A stretch of 62,837 nucleotides of DNA. It comes from Hyphomicrobiales bacterium (GTDB lineage: Bacteria > Pseudomonadota > Alphaproteobacteria > Rhizobiales > Beijerinckiaceae). The notes under the pieces are model-generated. The model was not told the origin of the DNA and did no database searches. It worked only from the letters and a program-made list of their open reading frames with translations. Both the position numbers and the translations under genes were made by a program. How positions within the stretch are numbered: the first letter of the stretch is position 1; the number at the start of each line of letters is the position of its first letter. The DNA lies in NCBI GenBank assembly GCA_025356415.1, contig JANXTB010000111.1, forward strand, positions 1-62,837, read 5' to 3'. Of this stretch, positions 21,105 through 34,359 are shown in pieces.

Positions 21105-22135
21105 CGTTGACCGCGCCGCGCTGCTGACGCCACGGACCAGAACGCCCGTGTAGCAATGATGTCGGAGAGACGCGCGTTTTGGCGGGTCTCCTGAAGGGCG
21201 CGCCCAAGAATCTCTATTGCGCGCGCAAGGCTTTCTGGAGTCCAGAGGCCGAATTGCTTCGCAAGAATATCCTTGCGCGTGAAGTTGAACGCCCGCCGCG
21301 ACGCTTTTTCCAACGCCGCTTCCTGCTGCATGCCGCGCTGCGCATCGAGTTTCGCACGATGCAACATGACTGCGTGTCGGCTTGCCATGCCGAGCAGCAT
21401 GCCCGGGTCCGTGCCGGAAGCGAACGCCAGATGCACCGTCTCATCGACGAGGTCCATGCGCCCCGAGAAGGCTGCGGTCATCGCTGCATCCAAATTCAAG
21501 GCTGACGCGTCGGCGACGATGGCGCCAATGTCGGCTTCCACGATGCGCTCGCCGCCGTGCTTGTAGAGCAGCAGTTTGTCGAGCTCTGCTCGTGTGGTCA
21601 GTCGATCAGCGCCTAAGGAGTGTGAAAGAAGATCTGCGGTTTCCCGGTCGATCGACAGGCCGGAAGCCTTGGCCTCCGCCTCGATGATGTGCCGCAATTG
21701 CTCGGGGGTGTCGTGCGCACATTCGATCGCAGCGGCATGTTTCTGCCGTTCGAAAATCTTGCGAAGCGCGGAGTCTTTTTTCAGCGCGCCGGCTTCCACC
21801 ACAACAATTGCGTCTCGCGGAGCTGTGTCCATTACGGCTTCGAACGCCGGGACCAGGTTTCGCGCACCGGCTTTTACCCAAATGGCGCGTCGTCCGCCGA
21901 ACAGCCCAATCGTGTTGACCTCGTCGGCGAGGCGTCCCGTGTCGCTGGATAGCTCGTCGCCCTCCATCCGGATAAGTTGAAACGCGTCGTCGAGGCTGTC
22001 GATCGACGATTTGACGATAAGACGCGCGCGTTCGCTCACCAAGCCGGCATCTGTTCCGTAGAACAGATAGAAGGCGATGTGGCCCGGAGGTTTCGCGAGA
22101 AAATTCTCTGCCTCCCAGTGCCTGATGGCGACCAT
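21101..22135 (-). CDS. holA: DNA polymerase III delta subunit
   Basis: YLFYGTDAGLVSE, GLFGGRR, ELDKLLLY; leuS-lptE-holA synteny. Confidence 0.9.
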   Translation of the reverse strand: MVAIRHWEAENFLAKPPGHIAFYLFYGTDAGLVSERARLIVKSSIDSLDDAFQLIRMEGDELSSDTGRLADEVNTIGLFGGRRAIWVKAGARNLVPAFEAVMDTAPRDAIVVVEAGALKKDSALRKIFERQKHAAAIECAHDTPEQLRHIIEAEAKASGLSIDRETADLLSHSLGADRLTTRAELDKLLLYKHGGERIVEADIGAIVADASALNLDAAMTAAFSGRMDLVDETVHLAFASGTDPGMLLGMASRHAVMLHRAKLDAQRGMQQEAALEKASRRAFNFTRKDILAKQFGLWTPESLARAIEILGRALQETRQNARLSDIIATRAFWSVASAARRGQR

Positions 22136-22136
22136 G

Positions 22137-22649
22137 TCAGCCTTTCGCGAGCGCTATGGCGAGGCGCGTCTTGATTTGGTCGGCGAGCTCTTTCGCGTCG
22201 CGAATTTCAGCATCGCGCGCCGCGCGTATGTTGGCGAACCTCTGGCTCGTTCTGTCGTAGGACGCGAAGGTGAAGGCCACGCCGCTGGTGACAGGCGGTC
22301 CGCCGGCGATCGGCATTAGCTTGTAGTCTGCGTCGATGACGATTGCGCCGGCCGTTGCGCGCTGAGTCACGGAATCGACGAGCGAGGCCTGGATGCGTTC
22401 GCGGAGCACGATCTGCAGGCGATATTTCGGTGGGACCTCGGAGCCTGTCCCGTTCAAAAGAAAATGCAGCTCGTTGGCGAGGTAATGACCGGCGCGTTCG
22501 GCAATCGGATCGATAGCGATAGCTTGCAGATCGTTGCGCAAGGCGGCGCCCTCTGGTCCGCCATACATGGGCTTGAAGCAGCCGGAAAGAACAAGGCATG
22601 TCGTCACCGCGAGAGCGGCGCGCAGCGATCGGGCTCTAGACAACAACAT
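22137..22649 (-). CDS. lptE: LPS assembly lipoprotein LptE
   Basis: Lipobox LSGC followed by FKPMYG; position between leuS and holA. Confidence 0.85.
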   Translation of the reverse strand: MLLSRARSLRAALAVTTCLVLSGCFKPMYGGPEGAALRNDLQAIAIDPIAERAGHYLANELHFLLNGTGSEVPPKYRLQIVLRERIQASLVDSVTQRATAGAIVIDADYKLMPIAGGPPVTSGVAFTFASYDRTSQRFANIRAARDAEIRDAKELADQIKTRLAIALAKG

Positions 22650-25260
22650 TGACGATCCTTTTTGGAACAATGATGACCTTCTTCGGCAACCGGCCATTCA
22701 ACTCGCGCGCGACAACTTCAAGTTTGAGGGCTTCGCTTTCGACCAACGCATTCTGCGCGTCAGCCGCGACCTCGATTTCCCCACGCTTTTTGCCGTTCAC
22801 CTGAACGGGCAGGGTGATTGTATCTTGCGCCGCGAGCGATGCATCCGCTTTTGGCCAACCGGCCTCAGACACCGGCCCTGCATGCGCTGTTTGCGCCCAG
22901 CATTCTTCTGCAAGATGCGGCATCATTGGCGCAAACATCTGGATCATAATGTCGAGCGCTTCAGCATAGGCTGCGCGAAGATCGGGGGTGATTTGTGCGG
23001 GGTCTGAGATGCCTGCGATGGACGACGACAACGCATTCGTCATCTTGCGGATTTCGGCGATCGCCGTGTTGAAACGAAGCCGTTCAATGTGATCCTGAAC
23101 GCGCATCAAATGGCCGTGCACGATCTTGCGTATTTCGAGCGCCGGCTGGCTGACGTTGTCGCTGAAGCCCTTCGCCCCCATCGCAAGTTCCGAGAGCTCC
23201 CCAACGAGACGCCAGATTTGATGCACGTAGCGCGCGGCGCCCTGCACGCCTTCTTCGCTCCAGATAACGTCGCGATCAGGCGGCGAATCCGAGAGCATAA
23301 ACCAGCGCGCGGTGTCAGCGCCGTAGGTCCCGATGATTTCGTCTGGATCGACGGTGTTACGCTTCGACTTCGACATCTTTTCGATAGGGCCGATGTCGAT
23401 CGGCGCGCCGTCCGCCAGCGCAAAAGCCTTGCGGCCGTCCGGCGTCGTTTCAAGCCTGATCTCGCCGGGTGTGCGCCACGAGCCGTCGCTTGCACGATAG
23501 GTTTCGTGAACGACCATGCCTTGTGTGAACAAGCCAGCGAAGGGCTCTTTGACAGCAAGGTGACCGGTCGCCTGCATCGCGCGCGCGAAGAAGCGCGAAT
23601 AGAGAAGGTGCAGAATCGCGTGCTCGATTCCGCCGATGTACTGATCGACCGGCAGCCAGTGATTGGCGGCGGCCGAAGTCGGCGCATCGGTGTTGGTCGG
23701 ATCCGTGAAACGGGCATAGTACCAGGACGAATCGACGAACGTATCCATCGTGTCCGTCTCACGGCGCGCAGGATGTCCGCACGACGGACAGGCGACATGC
23801 TTCCAGGTCGGATGATGTTCGAGTGGATTGCCCGGGCGATCGAAGGTGACATCTTCCGGCAGCGTGACAGGCAGATCCTTGATCGGGACAGGCACTGTGC
23901 CGCAGACCTCGCAATGGATGATCGGGATCGGGCAGCCCCAGTATCGCTGTCGCGAGATGCCCCAGTCCCGCAGCTTGAAGTTTACCTGACGGGCGCCCTG
24001 CGGCTCGTTACCGATGTGCGTTTGCCCCAGACGTCGCGCCACTTCCTCTTGCGCCGCCTCAGGCGTCAGCCCATCCAGGAAGCGTGAGTTGATCATCACG
24101 CCATCACCATCATAGGCGATGTCGCCAATCTCGAAAGTTGCGGGATCTTGCTGCGGCGGACAAACGACCGGCGTGACGCCGAGTCCTTGCGAATGCGCAA
24201 ACTCAAGATCGCGCTGATCGTGTGCGGGGCAGCCGAAGATCGCGCCCGTCCCGTATTCCATCAGCACGAAGTTTGCGACGTAAACTGGAATGAGCCAATT
24301 TGGGTCGAACGGATGCTGCACGCGCAGGCCGGTGTCCATGCCCTTCTTTTCAGCGGTCTCCAACGTGGCGACCGAGGTCCCCATGCGCCTGCACTCTTCG
24401 ATGAAGGCTGCGATCTCAGGGCTTCGGGCGCCGGCCGCTAATGATATCGGGTGATCGGGCGCCAGCGCGATGAATTTGGCGCCGAACAAAGTGTCGGGAC
24501 GCGTTGTGTATACTTCAATCGTCTTTGCATCAGAGATGTTGTTTGGCGCCGTGACGAAGCGCACGCGCAATCCCTCTGATCGACCAATCCAGTTCCGCTG
24601 CATGAGCCGGACCTTTTCAGGCCAACGATCAAGCGTGGACAGAGATTCTGAAAGATCCTCAGCAAAGTCTGTGATTTTCAAAAACCACTGCGTCAGCTCG
24701 CGTTGCTCGATAAGCGCACCCGATCGCCATCCGCGACCGTCGATGACCTGCTCGTTGGCGAGAACGGTCTGGTCGACAGGATCCCAGTTCACCTTTGACT
24801 TTTTGCGCGTTACGAGTCCGGCGTTTAGGAAATCAAGGAAGAGCCTTTGCTGGTGCTTGTAGTAAGACGGATCGCAGGTTGCGATTTCACGCGACCAGTC
24901 GAGCGACAGGCCCATCGACTTCAGCTGGCCACGCATTGTCGCGATGTTTTCGTAGGTCCACTTCGCGGGATGGCTCTTATTCTGCATCGCGGCGTTTTCC
25001 GCCGGCATGCCGAAAGCGTCCCAACCCATCGGATGCAGGACATTGAATCCGCGCGCGCGCTTGTACCGGGCGACCACATCGCCCATCGCGTAATTGCGAA
25101 CATGCCCCATGTGAATGCGGCCCGATGGATAGGGGAACATTTCGAGTACGTAGTATTTCGGGCGCGGGTCGTCGTTGCTGGTGCGGAAGGTCTCGAGCTC
25201 AGCCCATTTCTTCTGCCACTTGGCTTCTGCTTCGCGTGAATTGTAACGCTCGGATTTCAT
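22636..25260 (-). CDS. leuS: Leucine--tRNA ligase
   Basis: MFPYPSG..HMGH, KMSKSK, DTMDTF, C-terminal VPKRIVNVV. Confidence 0.98.
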   Translation of the reverse strand: MKSERYNSREAEAKWQKKWAELETFRTSNDDPRPKYYVLEMFPYPSGRIHMGHVRNYAMGDVVARYKRARGFNVLHPMGWDAFGMPAENAAMQNKSHPAKWTYENIATMRGQLKSMGLSLDWSREIATCDPSYYKHQQRLFLDFLNAGLVTRKKSKVNWDPVDQTVLANEQVIDGRGWRSGALIEQRELTQWFLKITDFAEDLSESLSTLDRWPEKVRLMQRNWIGRSEGLRVRFVTAPNNISDAKTIEVYTTRPDTLFGAKFIALAPDHPISLAAGARSPEIAAFIEECRRMGTSVATLETAEKKGMDTGLRVQHPFDPNWLIPVYVANFVLMEYGTGAIFGCPAHDQRDLEFAHSQGLGVTPVVCPPQQDPATFEIGDIAYDGDGVMINSRFLDGLTPEAAQEEVARRLGQTHIGNEPQGARQVNFKLRDWGISRQRYWGCPIPIIHCEVCGTVPVPIKDLPVTLPEDVTFDRPGNPLEHHPTWKHVACPSCGHPARRETDTMDTFVDSSWYYARFTDPTNTDAPTSAAANHWLPVDQYIGGIEHAILHLLYSRFFARAMQATGHLAVKEPFAGLFTQGMVVHETYRASDGSWRTPGEIRLETTPDGRKAFALADGAPIDIGPIEKMSKSKRNTVDPDEIIGTYGADTARWFMLSDSPPDRDVIWSEEGVQGAARYVHQIWRLVGELSELAMGAKGFSDNVSQPALEIRKIVHGHLMRVQDHIERLRFNTAIAEIRKMTNALSSSIAGISDPAQITPDLRAAYAEALDIMIQMFAPMMPHLAEECWAQTAHAGPVSEAGWPKADASLAAQDTITLPVQVNGKKRGEIEVAADAQNALVESEALKLEVVARELNGRLPKKVIIVPKRIVNVVV

Positions 25261-25424
25261 GGGCTCGTTCGATTTTCGCTTCAGGAAAAGGGTTCGTTTC
25301 CGGCCGGCTCGACCGGACGAATTTGCTAGGCAGAGAGCATGATTTCCCCTCGAGGGTCAATCGGAACGCAGCCCCATAGGCGCCCGCCCCGCAGGCTGCT
25401 AAATGCGATCGGCAGGAGGACAGT

Positions 25425-26180
25425 ATGGAAGAGCAGGGACAGCCCGGGGCAGATGATCGGGCGCAGGCGATCGGGGCCAATCTGGCGCAGGTCAGGAGTC
25501 GGATCGCGCGGTCCGCGCTCGATTCGGGCCGTTCCGCTGATGCCGTCCAACTGGTCTGCGTGAGCAAGGGACAGGACGCTGAAACTTTGAAGGCTGCGCT
25601 GCAGGCGGGCGAACGTGTTTTTGGCGAGAACCGGGTTCAGGAAGCGGCAAGTAAATGGCCGGCTCTCAAGGAGGCGTTTGCGGGGGTCGAGCTTCACCTC
25701 ATAGGCCCGCTGCAAACGAATAAGGTGCGTGAGGCGATCGCGCTTTTTGACGTGATTGAAACGCTCGACCGCCCTCGGCTGGCGGAGGCTTTGGCACGCG
25801 AGGGCCGTTCTAGCGGGCGGCTGCCAAGCCTGTTCGTTCAGGTCAACACAGGTCGGGAGCCTCAAAAGGCGGGGGTTCTTCCCGAGGAGGCCGACGCGTT
25901 CATCTCTTTCTGCCGCAACGATTGTGGTCTGCCGGTCGTGGGGTTGATGTGCATTCCGCCAGTCGATGAGCAAGCCTCCCCGCATTTCGCGCTTTTGGCC
26001 CAGATCGCGCGCCGGAACAGCCTTGAAAAGCTCTCCATGGGCATGAGCGCCGATTACGACCTTGGTATCCAGCTGGGTGCGACGCATGTGCGCGTCGGAT
26101 CCGCCATTTTCGGCCCCAGAGCTCAGGCTGCATCACGGCATGATGACGAGCCGCACGCTCCGACTGAGCCGCGGAAGTAA
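25425..26180 (+). CDS. yggS: PLP homeostasis protein YggS
   Basis: VCVSK, FGENRVQE, HLIGPLQTNK, LSMGMSAD, VRVGSAIFG. Confidence 0.94.
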   Translation: MEEQGQPGADDRAQAIGANLAQVRSRIARSALDSGRSADAVQLVCVSKGQDAETLKAALQAGERVFGENRVQEAASKWPALKEAFAGVELHLIGPLQTNKVREAIALFDVIETLDRPRLAEALAREGRSSGRLPSLFVQVNTGREPQKAGVLPEEADAFISFCRNDCGLPVVGLMCIPPVDEQASPHFALLAQIARRNSLEKLSMGMSADYDLGIQLGATHVRVGSAIFGPRAQAASRHDDEPHAPTEPRK

Positions 26181-26702
26181 CCGCCTCAGGTCGGCAAGGC
26201 TGATCGCCACACATCCTTCGGTGGGAGCGTATTCGGGCCGCGCGAGGTGCAAAAAGATCGCGCTGCCACCGCCCAGAACCCGTGGAAGTTCATTATGCGT
26301 TGTCGGGATGACGACGTCGTAGACGCCATCGTCACGCCAGAGACGCTCGTGCCCCGCCTTTGAGCCGGCCGGTACTGGCCGGTTGTAACGACCCGAGGCG
26401 GGGTCGTCGCACCATCCCATCGCGCGTTGTAGAGGGCGTGAGCCGGTCAGGCTCGAGATGCGGCATATCCGGTCGTTTCTGAACAAAGCCGTCTTCAGCC
26501 GGAAGCTGCCGACAGGGCTCGCCCCATCACCTTCCCGCTTGAAATGAGACATCCCGGCTTTCCCGATAGCCGCCTTAATGGTGACCGGTCCTGCGTGGAG
26601 TCTCGCGAGATGTGGCGATTTTGGAAGGGCGCGCCGCCTGATCACGATCCTTGTGATGCGACCTGCCGAGATCCTGGTCCGATCTTCTGTCAGTGTGTTC
26701 AT
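26133..26702 (-). CDS. YkuD-like L,D-transpeptidase-family protein
   Basis: KREGDGASP.G, GWCDD...YN and GSAIFLH...PTEGC with catalytic His/Cys. Start uncertain. Confidence 0.8.
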   Translation of the reverse strand: MNTLTEDRTRISAGRITRIVIRRRALPKSPHLARLHAGPVTIKAAIGKAGMSHFKREGDGASPVGSFRLKTALFRNDRICRISSLTGSRPLQRAMGWCDDPASGRYNRPVPAGSKAGHERLWRDDGVYDVVIPTTHNELPRVLGGGSAIFLHLARPEYAPTEGCVAISLADLRRLLPRLSRSVRLVIMP

Positions 26703-26802
26703 ACCGGATGGGTTCCAATCGGCGACGCAAAGCGCCGCGTGATCTGGAATAGATGACCTTCGCGTAATAAGTATAGAGAAGTCATAGGGTGGAACAGAAC
26801 AG

Positions 26803-27489
26803 ATGTCCCAGGTTCGAAAGATTTTGATCGCTGATGACGATCCCGACTTGCGCGGCGCGCTTGCCGAGCAGTTGGCTTTCCATCCAGAATTCGTGGTCGT
26901 CCAGGCGGATACGGCCGAGAGCGCTGTTGCGGCTGCTAAAGCCGAGGCGCCGGATCTGCTCCTGATGGACGTAGGACTTCCCGATATGGACGGTCGTTTG
27001 GCGGTCAAGCAGCTTCGCGAGGCCGGTTTCAAGAGCCCGATCATCATGTTGACCGGCCACGATACGGAAGAGGACGCAGTGATCGGCCTCGACTCGGGGG
27101 CCAATGATTACGTCGCCAAGCCATTCCGTTTCGCGGTTCTGCTCGCCCGGATTCGGGCGCATATGCGCCAGCATGAGGCCAGCGACGATGCCGTTTTCCG
27201 CATTGGTCACTACACGTTCAAGCCGGGCTCAAAACTTCTCACGAATGAGAAGGGCGGCAAGCTGCGCCTGACGGAGAAGGAAACAGCCATTCTCAGGTTC
27301 CTTTACCGGGCCGGACAGCAGGTCGTGACCCGAGACGTTTTGTTGCGGGAGGTCTGGGGCTATAACGCAGCAGTGACCACACACACGCTGGAAACTCACA
27401 TTTATCGTCTCCGCCAGAAAATCGAGGCCAACCCGGCTAACGCGCAGCTATTGGTCACGGACGCTGGCGGATATAAGCTCGTCCCATAA
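26803..27489 (+). CDS. OmpR/PhoB-family response regulator
   Basis: Receiver (ADDD, MDVGLP, KPF) plus winged helix (LTEKE, VWGY, HTLETHIYRLRQKIE). Confidence 0.93.
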   Translation: MSQVRKILIADDDPDLRGALAEQLAFHPEFVVVQADTAESAVAAAKAEAPDLLLMDVGLPDMDGRLAVKQLREAGFKSPIIMLTGHDTEEDAVIGLDSGANDYVAKPFRFAVLLARIRAHMRQHEASDDAVFRIGHYTFKPGSKLLTNEKGGKLRLTEKETAILRFLYRAGQQVVTRDVLLREVWGYNAAVTTHTLETHIYRLRQKIEANPANAQLLVTDAGGYKLVP

Positions 27490-27511
27490 TTGGGGCGAGA
27501 CGTGGCAAAAA

Positions 27512-27961
27512 ATGGCGCTGGAAAATGATATTCGTGACATGGCGCGGCTGCCGATCTTCCAAGAGATCGAGCCGGATGCGCTGAGGTTGCTCGCCTTTTC
27601 GGCCGAGACGAAGATCCTGCGCAAGGGCGATGTGCTGTTCCAGCGTGGAGACACGTCCGACTCCGGGTTTTTCGTGCTGTCAGGGTCCTTTCAGATCGAA
27701 GCGCCCAATCAGCGGGACACCGGCGAATTCGTCATCCACCCTTATTCCCTGATCGGTGAAATGGCCTTGCTGATCGACACCGAGCGGCCCGCGACCGTGA
27801 CCGCGCGCGAGCCATCGACCGTCCTGAAAATAACGCGCGCGGTGTTTCACCGTGTGCTGCAAGAACATCCGAAGAGCGCGATCCGCGTTCGCGCGTCGCT
27901 GGAGGGGCGGCTTGCCCGCTTCACGGGCGGCCTGACGGCAGATCCGAGCCTGCTCGCCTGA
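27512..27961 (+). CDS. Stand-alone cyclic-nucleotide-binding domain protein
   Basis: LFQRGD, GEMALL..ERPATV; 149 aa with no HTH. Confidence 0.85.
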   Translation: MALENDIRDMARLPIFQEIEPDALRLLAFSAETKILRKGDVLFQRGDTSDSGFFVLSGSFQIEAPNQRDTGEFVIHPYSLIGEMALLIDTERPATVTAREPSTVLKITRAVFHRVLQEHPKSAIRVRASLEGRLARFTGGLTADPSLLA

Positions 27962-28768
27962 TCAGGGCGCGAGCGAAATCATCACGGGAACATGGTCGGA
28001 GGGACGATCCCAGCCGCGCGCGTCCTTATGGATGTTCAGATCTGTGAGCCCCGACTGCAAATCCGGGCTGATCCAGATGTGATCGAGGCGGCGTCCCTTG
28101 TTGGCGGTTTCCCAATTGGGCGAGCGATAACTCCACCACGTGTAAAGCTTTTCATTCGGCGGAATTTTGGCGCGCAGCGCATCGACCCATGGGCCCGATT
28201 CAAAGACCCGCGTCAGCCGTTCGACCTCGATCGGCGTATGGCTGACGACTTTCAGGAGGGCCTTGTGATTCCAGACATCCGCTTCAAGCGGCGCAATGTT
28301 GAGATCGCCGACCAGAACTGACGACGTCTGCGCGAGCTTGTCCTGCGCGATCCACTCGGCCATCTCGTCGAGGAAGCTCAGCTTGTGAGCGAACTTGGGG
28401 TTCAGTTCAGGATCGGCCACGTCCCCACCGGCCGGCACGTAGAAATTATGGACCGTGATCTCGCGATCTCCGGCCGCAACCGTCGCGGCGATGTGGCGTG
28501 CGTCGCCTTTGGCGCAGAAGTCGTGACGATCTATGCGGCTGAGAGGATGTCGTGAGGCGATGGCGACGCCGTGGTAGCCCTTCTGACCATGGATCGCGAT
28601 GTGCTCATATCCCGCCGAGCGCAGATCGCCAGACGGAAACTCGCCGTCTCTGCACTTCGTCTCCTGAAGGCAGAGAACGTCCGGGCCATGTGATTTCAAA
28701 TAGCGCAGCACAATCGGCATGCGGAGGCGAACCGAATTGATGTTCCAAGTCGCGATTTTGAAAGTCAC
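27962..28768 (-). CDS. xth: Exodeoxyribonuclease III
   Basis: GTG start at 28768. IATWNINS, LCLQETK, GDLNIAP, RLDHI, SDHVPV. Confidence 0.95.
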   Translation of the reverse strand: MTFKIATWNINSVRLRMPIVLRYLKSHGPDVLCLQETKCRDGEFPSGDLRSAGYEHIAIHGQKGYHGVAIASRHPLSRIDRHDFCAKGDARHIAATVAAGDREITVHNFYVPAGGDVADPELNPKFAHKLSFLDEMAEWIAQDKLAQTSSVLVGDLNIAPLEADVWNHKALLKVVSHTPIEVERLTRVFESGPWVDALRAKIPPNEKLYTWWSYRSPNWETANKGRRLDHIWISPDLQSGLTDLNIHKDARGWDRPSDHVPVMISLAP

Positions 28769-28868
28769 CAGCCACCTCGTTTTCAGGCTGGAGGTCGCAC
28801 AATCGAGACTGGGCTTCAACCCCGGACCATGATTTTCCGGTCCAGGTCGCTTTAAATGAACATAGATC

Positions 28869-29561
28869 TCAGTTGAACTTCTCGTAATTGATCTTGAAGA
28901 GGGCCTGATCAGGTTTCTGGCCAAGGTCGACATTGGAGAGTGAGACGAGCGTCTCGTAACCCTGCGGATCCGTGACGGTCCACTGCTTGAGATTGAAAGT
29001 CGCCGTATCGAAGACGAGCCGAATCCGTGAGGTGCCGCCAAAGGTCGCTTTGTCTTCGACGAGGATCGCCACTGACTTCTCGTCGGAGCGAACGTCCAGA
29101 ACCTTGGTGTCCCGAGCAATGTCGATCCGCTCTTTCAGCAGAAACTTCAAAGGCGTCTGGCCGATGAAATAAACGTCCTGGGTGGCAAGCTTGCGGTCAC
29201 GGATCGCCACAGAAGTGCCGTCCGCAACGATTTCGAGCGTAGCCGGGCGGGCGTATTCAAACCGCAGCTTTCCGGGCCGCTGAACGTAAAGCGTGCCACC
29301 GGTACGACGACCATCAGCGCTCAGCTGAACGAAATCGGCGACCATCGTCAGGTTCGCGTTGAAAAACGCGTTCGCCTTCGTGACTGCGGTGGCAGGGTCT
29401 ACCGTCGTTTTTGGCGCTGGTCCCGGCGCCTGCTTGGTGATCGCCTTGCTGGCGGGAGCCGAGGGCGGCGCAAGATTCATCGGAGCGCCGGATTGTGCGA
29501 AAGCCGGAGCGGCGACGAGAGAGGCGAGGAGGGTCAGGCGGATAAGCCGAGCGGACAACAT
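28869..29561 (-). CDS. lolA: Outer-membrane lipoprotein carrier LolA
   Basis: Signal peptide (AFAQ), RPGKLRFEY, QTPLKFLL; follows ftsK. Confidence 0.87.
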   Translation of the reverse strand: MLSARLIRLTLLASLVAAPAFAQSGAPMNLAPPSAPASKAITKQAPGPAPKTTVDPATAVTKANAFFNANLTMVADFVQLSADGRRTGGTLYVQRPGKLRFEYARPATLEIVADGTSVAIRDRKLATQDVYFIGQTPLKFLLKERIDIARDTKVLDVRSDEKSVAILVEDKATFGGTSRIRLVFDTATFNLKQWTVTDPQGYETLVSLSNVDLGQKPDQALFKINYEKFN

Positions 29562-29632
29562 GCGCGGTGAATTCCTATTGCTGCAATCGGCTCCGGTTAG
29601 GCCGGAGCCATGGCGAATCTAAGACGAACAGC

Positions 29633-32176
29633 TCAGTCCGGCTCTGCGTCAAATGCGCCCCGATCGATGCCGCCGCCAACCAATATCTCACGCTTGCCAG
29701 CGTGGCTGGCCGGTCCGACAACGCCTTCCTGTTCCATGCGTTCGACGAGGGAGGCAGCTTTGTTATAGCCCACCGAAAGCCGCCGCTGGATGTAGCTGGT
29801 GGAGCATTTCTTGTCGCGAAGCACGATGTTGACCGCGCGGTCGTAAAGATCGCTCGATTCTTCGGCGTCCATGCTGCCGGGGGCGGGAGCATCGTCGCCG
29901 CCGGAGATTTCATCCTCTGACGTGATCGCTTCGAGATATTCCGGCTGGCCCTGCGTCTTGAGATGGGCGACGATTTTTTCGACCTCGCCGTCTGAGACAA
30001 AGGGTCCATGCACGCGCGAGATGCGGCCGCCGCCCGCCATGTGAAGCATGTCGCCTTGGCCGAGTAATTGTTCCGCGCCCTGTTCGCCCAGAATTGTCCG
30101 GCTGTCGATTTTCGACGTGACCTGGAAGGAGATACGGGTCGGGAAGTTCGCCTTGATGGTGCCGGTGATGACATCGACGGACGGGCGTTGCGTGGCCATG
30201 ATCAAGTGAATGCCAGCCGCGCGCGCCATCTGGGCGAGCCGCTGAATGGCGCCCTCGATGTCTTTGCCGGCGACCATCATGAGGTCGGCCATTTCATCGA
30301 CAATGACGACGATGTACGGCAGGGGAGAGAGATCCATCTCCTCCTTCTCGTAGATGGCCTCGCCGGTTTCGCGATCGTAGCCGGTCTGCACCGTGCGCGT
30401 GATGACCTGTCCCTTTGCGGCGGCCTCCGCCACGCGCGCATTGAAGCCGTCGATGTTGCGGACGCCAACCTTCGACATCTTCTTGTAGCGGTCCTCCATT
30501 TCGCGGACCGCCCACTTCAGGGCCACAACGGCCTTTTTCGGATCGGTGACGACCGGAGTGAGGAGGTGCGGAATGCCGTCGTAGACGGACAATTCGAGCA
30601 TCTTGGGATCGACCATGATCAAGCGGCACTCATCCGGCCGCAGACGATACAGCAACGACAGGATCATCGTGTTGATGGCGACCGATTTGCCGGACCCTGT
30701 GGTGCCCGCCACGAGCAGATGCGGCATGCGTGCGAGATCGACGATCACCGGTTCGCCGCCGATGGTCTTGCCGAGCGCAATGGCCAGCCGGTGCTTGCTC
30801 TTCTCGAAATCCTCGGACGACAAAAGCTCGCGCAGGTAAACGGTTTCGCGTCGTTGATTGGGAAGTTCAATGCCGATGGCGTTGCGGCCCTGAACGACAG
30901 CGACGCGCGCCGAAATCGCCGACATGGAACGTGCGATGTCGTCGGCGAGGCCGATGACCCGCGAGGATTTGATGCCAGGCGCTGGCTCAAGCTCGTACAG
31001 CGTGACCACCGGGCCAGGTCGGACATTGATGATCTCGCCCTTGACGCCGAAATCATCAAGAACGCCTTCCAGCAAACGCGCATTTTGTTCAAGCGCGTCT
31101 TCCGAGATTTTTGTGACCGCCTGCTTCTTCGCTTCGGCAAGCAGCAGAAGCGGCGGCAATTCATATTCGTTGCTTTTGAGCAGTGACGGTTGGGCTTCGC
31201 GGCTGGCCCGCTTGCCGGTTTTGATCGCCGGGGCAGGCGCGGTGATCCGCGTGCTGCCTGAGGCGCGCGCCGGCGAATCAAAGTCGACGTCATCGTCGTC
31301 ATCGTCACCGAATTGAACGGGCGCGGCGGCACGGCCCGAGCCGGCGGTCATCGTCGGTTCGACACGTTTTGGGCTGCGCGCAACGTCATCTTCGTCCGCA
31401 GCAAGCCGGTTTCGATTCACCGCGCGCGGTTCAGCCAGCTTGCGGCCAAGCGCCCGCGTGATGGCCGATTTCAAGGTGAGTAGGCCGTGGATCGCGGCGC
31501 CGAGCGAAATGAGACCGAATCCCGGCTCACCGGAAGCGTCTTCATCGTCATCAGCTTGCTTGCGCTCCAGGGCGCCTGCTTCCGAATCCGGCTCGTTCTC
31601 GGTTGAATAGGTATTGGAAATGCCAAAGCCGGACGCGGCGCTGACCGACAAGAGAGCGACGCCTGCGGCGATGAGGCCCGCGAACATGATCGGCAGGCCT
31701 GTCTCGCCGCCAAACCTGCGTGGCAGGGACAGCAGCCCATCCCCGATGACGCCCCCAAGACCGGTGGGAAGCGGCCAACGGTCCGTGATCGGCAGCAGCG
31801 AAAAGACCGCCGCGGCCGCTACCGTTCCCAAGCCCCAGAGGATGATGCGAAGGCCCATGCGCTCCAGCCGTCGTGCGGTCAGGAGACGCCACGCCCATGA
31901 GGCCACGGGAACCAGCAGAACGACGCTGGCGAGCCCGAACAATTGCATGACGAGATCTGCCGAGATCGCTCCCGCGGGTCCGAGCCAGTTGCGCGTTGGC
32001 GCGGAGGTCGCGTGATTGAGGCTCGGATCCTGAACCGACCAAGTCATCAGCGCGACAGCAAGCGCGCCGCAGCCGGTGAGCAGCACAACGCCCGTCGCTT
32101 CCGCGAAGCGGCGGATGGCGAAATCCCGTACCGGCTCAGGCAGGAGATGCGTCGATGAATATGTGGTTGTCCGCAT
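29633..32176 (-). CDS. ftsK: DNA translocase FtsK
   Basis: N-terminal TMs, [27 protein letters not shown], gamma domain QRRL.VGYNKAA. Start at 32176 or 32230. Confidence 0.97.
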   Translation of the reverse strand: MRTTTYSSTHLLPEPVRDFAIRRFAEATGVVLLTGCGALAVALMTWSVQDPSLNHATSAPTRNWLGPAGAISADLVMQLFGLASVVLLVPVASWAWRLLTARRLERMGLRIILWGLGTVAAAAVFSLLPITDRWPLPTGLGGVIGDGLLSLPRRFGGETGLPIMFAGLIAAGVALLSVSAASGFGISNTYSTENEPDSEAGALERKQADDDEDASGEPGFGLISLGAAIHGLLTLKSAITRALGRKLAEPRAVNRNRLAADEDDVARSPKRVEPTMTAGSGRAAAPVQFGDDDDDDVDFDSPARASGSTRITAPAPAIKTGKRASREAQPSLLKSNEYELPPLLLLAEAKKQAVTKISEDALEQNARLLEGVLDDFGVKGEIINVRPGPVVTLYELEPAPGIKSSRVIGLADDIARSMSAISARVAVVQGRNAIGIELPNQRRETVYLRELLSSEDFEKSKHRLAIALGKTIGGEPVIVDLARMPHLLVAGTTGSGKSVAINTMILSLLYRLRPDECRLIMVDPKMLELSVYDGIPHLLTPVVTDPKKAVVALKWAVREMEDRYKKMSKVGVRNIDGFNARVAEAAAKGQVITRTVQTGYDRETGEAIYEKEEMDLSPLPYIVVIVDEMADLMMVAGKDIEGAIQRLAQMARAAGIHLIMATQRPSVDVITGTIKANFPTRISFQVTSKIDSRTILGEQGAEQLLGQGDMLHMAGGGRISRVHGPFVSDGEVEKIVAHLKTQGQPEYLEAITSEDEISGGDDAPAPGSMDAEESSDLYDRAVNIVLRDKKCSTSYIQRRLSVGYNKAASLVERMEQEGVVGPASHAGKREILVGGGIDRGAFDAEPD

Positions 32177-32256
32177 CGCTCCTGCACCGGATCCGGGCCT
32201 GTTGGGCTCGGCTTCTGGAGAGCCGAACATATCCGTCTGAGGCTAGGGCGGCGAGG

Positions 32257-32272
32257 TTAAGGGCGGATTAAC
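32257..32272. promoter_or_regulatory. CtrA-type site upstream of ftsK
   Basis: TTAA-GGGCGGA-TTAAC, lying within the inverted repeat AGGTTAA...TTAACCT. Confidence 0.78.
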
Positions 32273-32301
32273 CTTGAACGAAGATCGCGCCTCACAAACG
32301 C

Positions 32302-32330
32302 AAAACGGCGGCGCCGAGGCGCCGCCGTTC
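32302..32330 (-). terminator. Intrinsic terminator of amtB
   Basis: GC-rich inverted repeat AACGGCGGCGCC/GGCGCCGCCGTT followed by TTTTG on the minus strand, just after the amtB stop. Confidence 0.8.
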
Positions 32331-32351
32331 AGCAAGGATCCGATTAATGGA

Positions 32352-33839
<1,488 letters not shown>

Positions 33840-33869
33840 TTTTAACTCCTGAAGCAATCGATATGGGCG

Positions 33870-34229
<360 letters not shown>

Positions 34230-34314
34230 TCATTCAGGCGGCGCTCCACCCTGCAGGCTCGATCCTCGCCTAGCCGAAAAGCTTGTCAGCACACGGCTAT
34301 GCTGAGCGGTCCAA

Positions 34315-34330
34315 TTCAAGCCTTGTGCCA
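34315..34330 (-). promoter_or_regulatory. Sigma54 (-24/-12) promoter of glnK-amtB
   Basis: Minus strand reads TGGCAC-AAGGC-TTGAA, with GA instead of GC at -12. Confidence 0.65.
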
Positions 34331-34359
34331 AGTTTGATTAGGGCCCCGACCAACAGGAA

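Noticed and set aside
31284-31310. Poly-Asp trinucleotide run in ftsK
   Set aside because: Ordinary low-complexity FtsK linker with mixed codons.
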